Of a stretch of 64,000 nt of DNA, positions 10,279 through 17,370 are shown piece by piece. Position 1 is the first letter of the stretch. Every line of letters starts with the position of its first letter. The notes beneath the pieces were generated by a model, which was not told the origin of the DNA, made no database searches, and saw nothing but the letters and a program-made list of their open reading frames with translations. A program made the translations under genes and the position numbers. The stretch is from Magnetococcales bacterium (lineage in GTDB: Bacteria > Pseudomonadota > Magnetococcia > Magnetococcales > UBA8363), in assembly GCA_015228925.1 (NCBI GenBank), contig JADGCQ010000008.1, positions 2,249 to 66,248 of the forward strand. Reading direction: 5' to 3'.

Positions 10279-11946
10279 TCAGGGGTCATATCCTGGAATT
10301 TTTTCTGGGATGACATCATCGATCTGTTTGGGGTTCAAATAGGTTTGCGCATATTCCAGATAGACTTTCTCCTTGATGAACACTTTAAAAAGGTCTGGGT
10401 CGATGTGCTGGTCTTTTTTCATGAATCCTAATATTTTCAATGATTCAGAAAGGGTTTTAGCAGGTTTATAGGGCCTGTCGGCTGCCGTCAAGGCCTCAAA
10501 GATATCGGCGATGGCCATGATTTTAGCACCGACAGACATCTGATCCCCTGTGAGACCATCGGGATAACCTCTGCCATTGATGGCTTCATGGTGCGATCCC
10601 GCCATTTCTGGGACACGACGTAAATGTTTGGGAAATGGGAGGGTTCGTAGCATATTTTGGGTCGCAACGACATGGTGATTAATGATCGTTCGTTCTTCCG
10701 GGGTCAAGGTTCCTTTGGCAATGTTCAGATTTTTTATTTCGTCCTCGGTCAGAAAATTCACCTTGGTACCGGTGCCATCGGTCCATTGGGTCTTGCCAAT
10801 TTCCAGAACCCTGTTTTGCCGCTCGGCAGACATAAATTCACCCCCGACATTGACCTCCCGAACGAACGCTTGATCGGATTTGATTTTGGCGATGGACTGG
10901 TTGAAATCTTCTTCCATCGCGGCGATGGCCGCATGATCCCCTTGTTCCATGGCCTCCATTTTTCGGCGTAGGAAGGCGATTTCGGCATCCCGTTTCAAAA
11001 CCTCAAAACGGGTATCGACGGTATGAATTCGGTCATGGATTGTTTCAAGTTTTGTTGCTTTGTCTACCACATATTCCGGGGTCACCACTTTGCCGCAATC
11101 GTGCATCCACGCCGCAATGCGCAGTTCGTAGATATCCTCTTCCGTGGGGTGGTAATCCTTTAACACGCCATCCTCACAACGCCTAGCGGCCTTGGCCAGT
11201 AACTCGGATAACACGGGTACCCGTTCGCAGTGCCCCCCGGTGTACTCTGACTTGTCGTCGATGGCGTTGGCGATGGCTTCGATGAACGATTCAAACAGCT
11301 TTTTCAAATCTTCGATCAAACGCTGATTGGTCATGGAAATAGCCGCTTGAGAAGCCAAGGATTCGGCCAGTTGCTGATCAGCCTTTGAAAAAGCGATAAT
11401 ATTTCCCGTGTGCGCATCTTTGGCGTTGATTAACTGCAACACACCGATAATTTCATTTTCATGATTTTTCAGGGGGACTGTCAAAAAGGATTTAGAACGG
11501 TAACCGGTCATCTGGTCAAACTTTTTAGTTCCCGAAAAATCATAGCCTTCCGCTTCGTAGGCGTCGGGTATATTAATGGTGGTATCGCGAAGAGCTGCCG
11601 CCGCTGCGATCATTTGCAGGTTGGGTTGGCCATTTTTATAAAGGGGGAGGGCAGGGTAGGGGATATCAACCCCCGTGGTCCCCCCCATGGCGATGTTGAG
11701 TGAATCGGTACGGATAATCTCAAACTTCAGCGTCTCTTCCACAGTTTTCGTATACATGGTGCCGGCATCGGCATTGGTTAAATCCTTGGCTCCCAGGAGA
11801 ATGTTTTCCAGCAACCTTTTGGTGTCCCTTTCGGAAGAAAGGGCAATGCCCAATTGATTGAGTTTATCAACCCGCGCTAGCAAATTGGACACATCCTGTA
11901 TTTCGGACGTTTTTCCAACTTGGTCGTCAATCGTTTTGGACCCCAT
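10279..11946 (-). CDS. GAF plus HD-GYP domain phosphodiesterase
   Basis: GAF SFLTVPLKNHENEIIGVLQLIN; YTGGHCERV, HDCGK, HHEAINGRGYP, IADIFEALT. Confidence 0.92.
   Translation of the reverse strand: MGSKTIDDQVGKTSEIQDVSNLLARVDKLNQLGIALSSERDTKRLLENILLGAKDLTNADAGTMYTKTVEETLKFEIIRTDSLNIAMGGTTGVDIPYPALPLYKNGQPNLQMIAAAAALRDTTINIPDAYEAEGYDFSGTKKFDQMTGYRSKSFLTVPLKNHENEIIGVLQLINAKDAHTGNIIAFSKADQQLAESLASQAAISMTNQRLIEDLKKLFESFIEAIANAIDDKSEYTGGHCERVPVLSELLAKAARRCEDGVLKDYHPTEEDIYELRIAAWMHDCGKVVTPEYVVDKATKLETIHDRIHTVDTRFEVLKRDAEIAFLRRKMEAMEQGDHAAIAAMEEDFNQSIAKIKSDQAFVREVNVGGEFMSAERQNRVLEIGKTQWTDGTGTKVNFLTEDEIKNLNIAKGTLTPEERTIINHHVVATQNMLRTLPFPKHLRRVPEMAGSHHEAINGRGYPDGLTGDQMSVGAKIMAIADIFEALTAADRPYKPAKTLSESLKILGFMKKDQHIDPDLFKVFIKEKVYLEYAQTYLNPKQIDDVIPEKIPGYDP
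11644..11661 (+). other. three overlapping KOPS motifs (GGGNAGGG) oriented toward dif
   Basis: GGGGAGGGCAGGGTAGGG; also coding sequence on the minus strand (Y-P-A-L-P region). Confidence 0.45.
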
Positions 11947-12151
11947 ACATTTCCCTTCACTTGAGAGACTTGAGCCGATGCTCGCAGCATTTTGCCGGAT
12001 TATACATTATTTGACAATGAGACAAACTTGTTTTGTTGCGCCTCCATTTTTTTTGCCAACCATATCCATTCCTCCGCACCCCATCGTGGTTATTTTCAAT
12101 AATTATGCCAACAATTGGCGCGGCTATCTTTAGGATGGTTTGGTCGTAAGA

Positions 12152-12179
12152 ATTTAACATAACGTCGATGTTGCGCACA
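12152..12179 (-). other. second dif-like XerCD site, inverted relative to the main dif
   Basis: Minus strand TGTGCGCAACA-TCGACG-TTATGTTAAAT: perfect XerD arm, 6-bp centre, XerC arm 8/11 to E. coli GGTGCGCATAA. Confidence 0.75.
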
Positions 12180-12209
12180 GGTTTTCTGGCTTTTATTAAT
12201 AATATAAAC

Positions 12210-12237
12210 AAGTCGCATAAGATGTATTATGTTAAAT
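12210..12237 (+). other. dif site (XerCD chromosome dimer resolution)
   Basis: AAGTCGCATAA-GATGTA-TTATGTTAAAT: XerD arm identical to E. coli dif, CGCATAA core in the XerC arm, 6-bp centre, intergenic AT-rich context. Confidence 0.9.
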
Positions 12238-12381
12238 TGCCACCAGGATCAAAGTATAGACTTGTAGGTTACATTAATTTGTCGCTGTGGCCAATCAGAA
12301 ACATCATTGTATATGATCACTATCATCATAAATTAGAATTATGGTCAAAATTGGCTCACTTTACGGAAGATGAAATTAATG

Positions 12382-12559
12382 AAAACCTTATGAACCTGTA
12401 TGTGTTTCTATTCATAACGAGAAACATCGCGGTCATGTAGATATTTCTCGTTTTCCATCGCGCCAATCAGATTGAGAAACACTTAGATCTCGTAATCATT
12501 TCCATTAGCGCATGTGCGGTTGAAAAAACGTGGAAACTGCCACGTCATGCCCGTCTTTC
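12382..12559. repeat. cluster 1 of 27-bp dyad boxes GAAAC-N17-RTTTC
   Basis: Boxes at 12382-12408, 12421-12447, 12476-12502 and 12533-12559, each with a 17-nt spacer. Confidence 0.7.
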
Positions 12560-12905
12560 CAAATAGACCCCATGGCCCCACACCGCACGCCCCACCGTCT
12601 ATCTTCGGTTCGTCGGCGCGGTTCAAAACAATCTGTGCATGGGGCGATCATATATATTCATAATGATTATATGGTACATCATTTAATGTGTGTTTGTCAT
12701 GCGCCGTGGCGTACTAGAATCCATGAAAACAACATGGCCCTCTCACCCGTGTTGGAAGAATGTTCCCGTTGCAGACCTTAGACAAACCGTGACAATCCGA
12801 ATCATTCATACCCCATTGCGCTTCCTGTTTTTAGCATATCTTGCCGTCATCGTGTGATGGGATTAAGATCCAAACCTTCCATGTCGCGGGTTACCTGTGT
12901 TAAAG

Positions 12906-13027
12906 GAATGTTTTACAGCGACAGATGGTTTCTTGATCGATAGAAGAAATACTACAGTGGCCTAAGTGTTTCTCATAGGCAAGATCATTAACGAAATTTA
13001 GAAACATCCCCTGTCCGTAACCGTTTC
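12906..13027. repeat. cluster 2 of 27-bp dyad boxes GAAAC-N17-GTTTC
   Basis: Boxes at 12906-12932 (left half degenerate), 12946-12972 and 13001-13027, each with a 17-nt spacer. Confidence 0.7.
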
Positions 13028-13051
13028 CATTAATTGAAAGTGCCTTCAATC

Positions 13052-15058
13052 ATGCGTCCCATTCTGGTTACCAGTGCCCTCCCCTACGCCAACGGTTCCA
13101 TCCATTTAGGCCATTTGGTGGAATACATTCAGACCGACATTTGGGTCCGTTTCCATAAAATTCGTGGCCGAGATTGTCTTTATTTTTGTGCCGACGATAC
13201 CCATGGAACGCCCATCATGATTCGCGCTCGCAATGAAGGGATCACCCCGGAAGCGTTGGTTGCGCGCATCCATGGGGAACATGTCGCCGACTTTCACGAT
13301 TTCTTGATTGGCTTTGACCATTATCATTCTACCAACTCCGAAGAAAACAAAATCCTCAGCGAAGAGGTTTATATCGCCAATCGTGAGGCTGGTCACATTC
13401 ACACAGCATCCGTGATGCAAGCCTATTGTGCCAAGGACGGTCTCTTTTTACCGGACCGCTTTATTCGTGGTGTTTGCCCATCCTGTGGTGCTTTGGACCA
13501 ATACGGTGATGCCTGTGAAGTCTGTTCGGCAACCTATTCCCCTCTGGAATTAAAGGAAGCACGGTGTGCTTTGTGTGGCACCTCTCCCGAAGAGCGGGCA
13601 TCAGAGCATTATTTTTTTAAATTGGGTGATTTTGAACCGTTCCTGAGGGAGTGGACCCGATCGGGCGCGTTGCAGGTGCAGATGGCCAACAAATTGTCGG
13701 AATGGTTTGAAGAAGGGTTGAAAGCCTGGGACATCTCCAGAGATGGACCCTACTTTGGTTTTGAAATTCCCGGCGCACCGGGAAAATACTTCTACGTCTG
13801 GCTAGACGCCCCAGTTGGCTATATGGCATCGTCATGGAGCTATTTTAAACAACATGGGATTGATTTCGACCGATACTGGCGTGACCCTGATCAAGTCGAA
13901 ATCTACCATTTCATCGGCAAAGATATCCTTTATTTTCATACCCTGTTCTGGCCTGCCATGCTCAAGGGGGCGGGTTTCAGAACACCGACCGGGGTTTTTG
14001 CGCATGGCTTCTTGACCGTCAATGGTCAAAAAATGTCCAAATCCCGGGGGACTTTCATCACGGCCAGAAGCTATCTCGAACAGCTTGATCCCGAATATTT
14101 GCGGTATTATTACGCCGCCAAGTTGACCAAGGGGGTGGATGACATCGATCTTAACCTGGACGATTTCGTGCAACGGGTCAATGCGGACATGGTGGGCAAG
14201 GTGGTCAATTTGGCTTCGCGGACGGCTGGTTTTATCCACAAGCATTTTCAAGGTCAACTTTCTGCGACCTATCCCGACGATCAAGGATTGTTCCAATCAT
14301 TCTTAACGGAAGCCGATACCATTGCCTCCTACTATCAGGAACGTGACTTCTCAAAAGCCATGCGGGCCATCATGGCCTTGGCGGACAGAGCCAACCGTTT
14401 CGTCGAAGAAAAAGCCCCTTGGACCTTGGCCAAGGAGAAACGGATGGTAGAATTACAGGATACGTGTTCGGTGGCGTTGAACCTTTTTCGGCTGCTGGTG
14501 ATGCAATTGCATCCGGTCTTGCCGGCGATGGCGGAAAAAACAAGGGTATTTCTTAATCTGCAAGATATCAATTGGTCTACAACAATTGTCCCATTGGCTG
14601 GGGTGACGATTGCCCCCTTCAGTCCGTTGATGGTGCGCGTGGACAGTCAGAAAGTACAAGCGATGGTGCAAGCTTCGTTGGCGACGGTTACGCCGGTGGT
14701 GGATGGGGTGAAAAAGGAAGAAAAAGGAGAAACAATCACCATGGAGACGTTCATGGGGGTTGATTTGCGCGTGGCGCGGATTACACAGGCTGAGGAGGTC
14801 GCGGGGGCGGATAAATTATTGCGGTTGCTCTTGGACGTGGGAGAATTGGGGTCACGGACTGTCTTGGCGGGGATACGGGGATCTTATACACCGGGGGATT
14901 TGTTGGGGCGTATGGTGGTGCTGGTGGCCAATTTGGAGGCGAGAAAGATGAAGTTCGGAGTCTCTGAGGGGATGGTGTTGGCTGCGGGGGACGGAAAAGG
15001 TCGATTATCGCTGATTGGCCCAGATGAAGGGGCGTCACCGGGAATGCGGGTCAAATAG
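13052..15058 (+). CDS. metG: methionine--tRNA ligase with C-terminal tRNA-binding domain
   Basis: [11 protein letters not shown] (HIGH-type), KMSKS, Cys zinc knuckles, C-terminal OB fold [10 protein letters not shown]; start placed at MRPILV. Confidence 0.97.
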   Translation: MRPILVTSALPYANGSIHLGHLVEYIQTDIWVRFHKIRGRDCLYFCADDTHGTPIMIRARNEGITPEALVARIHGEHVADFHDFLIGFDHYHSTNSEENKILSEEVYIANREAGHIHTASVMQAYCAKDGLFLPDRFIRGVCPSCGALDQYGDACEVCSATYSPLELKEARCALCGTSPEERASEHYFFKLGDFEPFLREWTRSGALQVQMANKLSEWFEEGLKAWDISRDGPYFGFEIPGAPGKYFYVWLDAPVGYMASSWSYFKQHGIDFDRYWRDPDQVEIYHFIGKDILYFHTLFWPAMLKGAGFRTPTGVFAHGFLTVNGQKMSKSRGTFITARSYLEQLDPEYLRYYYAAKLTKGVDDIDLNLDDFVQRVNADMVGKVVNLASRTAGFIHKHFQGQLSATYPDDQGLFQSFLTEADTIASYYQERDFSKAMRAIMALADRANRFVEEKAPWTLAKEKRMVELQDTCSVALNLFRLLVMQLHPVLPAMAEKTRVFLNLQDINWSTTIVPLAGVTIAPFSPLMVRVDSQKVQAMVQASLATVTPVVDGVKKEEKGETITMETFMGVDLRVARITQAEEVAGADKLLRLLLDVGELGSRTVLAGIRGSYTPGDLLGRMVVLVANLEARKMKFGVSEGMVLAAGDGKGRLSLIGPDEGASPGMRVK

Positions 15059-15095
15059 GGCGATCAAGTCGAAGTTTCTTTTATTTGCCTTCCTA

Positions 15096-15116
15096 TGTAT
15101 ATTGTGAGAATATACA
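15096..15116. promoter_or_regulatory. inverted-repeat operator of the brnTA module
   Basis: TGTATATT-GTGAG-AATATACA immediately upstream of the toxin ATG at 15121. Confidence 0.6.
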
Positions 15117-15120
15117 GGTC

Positions 15121-15441
15121 ATGGTTGACTTTGAAAAAATTACCGGCTTTGATTGGGACCAGTGCAACCAGCGCAAAAACGCAGATAAACACGGTGTCAG
15201 TCAGCCGGAGGCGGAACAGGTGTTTTTTAACGATCCGTTGCTACTGGTCGAGGATGTTGGCCATAGCCAGTCAGAAAAGCGCATTCATGCTCTCGGAAAA
15301 ACCAACACAGACCGAATGCTGCATGTGGTCTTCACTTTGCGGAATGATGAAACATTGATTCGGGTAATTTCAGCAAGAGACATGCATCGCAAGGAGCGAC
15401 TACGCTATGACCAGGAAGCATCAGCCAATCCCCATTTTTAA
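15121..15441 (+). CDS. brnT: BrnT family ribonuclease toxin (type II TA)
   Basis: FDWD..N..KNADKHGVS..EAEQVFF and IRVISAR motifs. Confidence 0.9.
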   Translation: MVDFEKITGFDWDQCNQRKNADKHGVSQPEAEQVFFNDPLLLVEDVGHSQSEKRIHALGKTNTDRMLHVVFTLRNDETLIRVISARDMHRKERLRYDQEASANPHF

Positions 15442-15679
15442 GACGGAAGCAGAGGAACGGGCCTTTTGGGAATCCAACGATTCGTCCAGCTATGTAGACT
15501 GGACCCAAGCGGAACGGGTCCGCCTGCCCAACCTAAAGCCATCCACCAAAGCCATCTCCCTACGTCTGCCTGTTTCTCTACTGGAACAGATAAAAGTGAC
15601 CGCCAATAAACAGGACGTCCCTTATCAGTCATTGATTAAGATTTGGTTGGCGGAAAGAGTGGGTGTTGCAAGCCATTGA
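15407..15679 (+). CDS. brnA: BrnA/CopG-family ribbon-helix-helix antitoxin
   Basis: IPIFKTEAEERAFW, ISLRLP, VPYQSLIKIWL; overlaps the toxin 3' end. Confidence 0.88.
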   Translation: MTRKHQPIPIFKTEAEERAFWESNDSSSYVDWTQAERVRLPNLKPSTKAISLRLPVSLLEQIKVTANKQDVPYQSLIKIWLAERVGVASH

Positions 15680-15729
15680 TGATGCTCTAACTCACGATAA
15701 AAGAACACCACGGATCATGTTCCGTTGGT

Positions 15730-17103
15730 CTATCCAACGATATTATAAATCCTCTTCCTGAATCCCACCCCTAACTCCTCCCGTGCGATTCGCTCACAGG
15801 CGGCAATATCCACCCCCTCCAGCCCTTCGATTGCCGTCGCCTGAACATCCTTCACATAATGCTTGACTGCTAAGCAAAACCCCTTCACCGCCTCATAAGA
15901 ACCCGCCAGCGACGGTCTGCAATGACGATCATAGACCATGGCATTCTGAGCATTGAGCGAAATGGAGACCGCATCCACCAATCCCGCAAACAACGGCGTC
16001 ACATCCCGTCCATACACCAAATTGGCCAATCCATCCGTGTTCACCCGAATCCGTTGACACCCCCTACCCTTCGCCCAACGGGCAACCTCCAACAACACCG
16101 ATAACCGCAACGTCGGTTCACCATAGCCGCAAAACACCAACTCCTCATATGCAGAAATGTCTCCCAACGCCGCGATGATCTCCTGCGCCTTGGGATTGTG
16201 ATGCAACGTCAGATCATAATGATGTACCCACGGCTTTTCCCACTTGGGACAAAATTGACACCGTAACGTACACCCCCCCGTCAGGTTGACATAGAGTCCT
16301 TTGCCGATGGCATAGGTCAACGTCTCCTTTTCCGGTGCCTCCAAACCAAATAAGCGCAGATAATTGGCGGTTGTCTGCGTCGCCAACTCTTCCAGGGATA
16401 TCCCCTTGACCTGAGCCAATACCCGTGCCACCTCAACGACGAAAGAGGGTTCATTGCGCTTACTGCGATGGGGCGTCGGGGCCAAATAGGGGGCATCCGT
16501 CTCCACCAAGAGTCGATCCAATGGAACCTCCGCAGCAACCTGCCGCAATGCTTGTGCACCACGAAACGTCAGAATACCCGAAAAACTGATATGATAGCCA
16601 AAATCAAGTGCCCAACGCGCCATGGCCAGCGATCCGGTAAAGCAATGAATCACCCCGCCACATCCCCTGCCCCCCTCCTCCTCCAAGACCCGAATGGTAT
16701 CACTTTCAGCCTCACGGGTATGAATGACCAACGGTAAATGACGCGCAACCGCGACCCGAATATGATCACGAAATACCCGTTCCTGCGCCTCTTTCGATGA
16801 ATGATTATAATGAAAGTCAAATCCCGTCTCACCCACAGCCACCATCTTGGGATGGTTCAACGCATTGAACAAGGCTGCCGTCACCCCCTCCCCCGCTTCT
16901 GCGGCATAATGGGGATGAATGCCAGCCGTGGTCGTGAGTTGTGGGTAAGACTCCACCAGATGGATTAACTCTTCAACTTCCGTTAATCGAGTGGAAATTG
17001 TATTAATGAAAGTCACTCCCGCTTGTTCGGCACGCTGGAGTATGGATTCCAAGTCCTGAGAAAAATCAGGAAAATTCAAATGACAATGGCTATCCGCAAG
17101 CAT
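15730..17103 (-). CDS. tatD: TatD family DNase fused to a TatD-associated radical SAM domain
   Basis: DSHCHL, GIHPH, VGETG, IHTRE, IHCFTG, ETDAPYL, then CTLRCQFC (CX3CX2C) and FCGYGEPT; start placed at MLADSH. Confidence 0.92.
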   Translation of the reverse strand: MLADSHCHLNFPDFSQDLESILQRAEQAGVTFINTISTRLTEVEELIHLVESYPQLTTTAGIHPHYAAEAGEGVTAALFNALNHPKMVAVGETGFDFHYNHSSKEAQERVFRDHIRVAVARHLPLVIHTREAESDTIRVLEEEGGRGCGGVIHCFTGSLAMARWALDFGYHISFSGILTFRGAQALRQVAAEVPLDRLLVETDAPYLAPTPHRSKRNEPSFVVEVARVLAQVKGISLEELATQTTANYLRLFGLEAPEKETLTYAIGKGLYVNLTGGCTLRCQFCPKWEKPWVHHYDLTLHHNPKAQEIIAALGDISAYEELVFCGYGEPTLRLSVLLEVARWAKGRGCQRIRVNTDGLANLVYGRDVTPLFAGLVDAVSISLNAQNAMVYDRHCRPSLAGSYEAVKGFCLAVKHYVKDVQATAIEGLEGVDIAACERIAREELGVGFRKRIYNIVG

Positions 17104-17129
17104 TTTTTCCCCCTGGTATACCGCCAAAT

Positions 17130-17332
17130 AAAACTATTAAAAGAAAAAAGGGGTCTGGGGGATTGCCCCCAGGGTTTTGATTTTAAACAAAAAGCTCCCA
17201 TTTTTGCTTTGAATTTTCTTTTAAATTTAAACAAAGTCAACAGCGAAGAATGAAGCTTTTTATTTAAATTCAAAAGCAAATTCAAAACCCTGGGGGCAAT
17301 CCCCCAGACCCCTTTTTTCTTTTAATAATTTT
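17130..17332. mobile_element. REPIN/MITE-like element, copy 2 (intact 46-bp terminal inverted repeats)
   Basis: 17135-17180 and 17282-17327 are perfect reverse complements; each arm holds a CTGGGGG-N4-CCCCCAG hairpin. Confidence 0.88.
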
Positions 17333-17370
17333 TCATGGGGTGTTGACCAATGATCGCATATCAACGCGAC

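Noticed and set aside
12658-12672. Fur-box-like TCATAATGATTATAT (a similar AATAATATCATTATT lies near 486-500)
   Set aside because: Three mismatches to the 7-1-7 consensus in AT-rich DNA and no adjacent iron-related gene
11858-12781. Short ORFs in the gap (11858-12133, 11957-12211, 12168-12440, 12530-12781)
   Set aside because: No RBS or family motifs, atypical composition, and they overlap the dif sites or dyad boxes
12473-12975. Retron msr-msd bounded by a1/a2 inverted repeats
   Set aside because: No reverse transcriptase in the window and the span is longer than typical
12382-13027. CRISPR array or guide-RNA array suggested by recurring GTTTC/GAAAC
   Set aside because: No identical 23-47 bp repeats, irregular unit lengths, a constant 17-nt interval too short for spacers, and no cas genes in the window
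11947-13051. oriC in the long AT-rich gap
   Set aside because: No DnaA-box cluster (TTATCCACA) seen; dif and KOPS polarity point to the terminus instead
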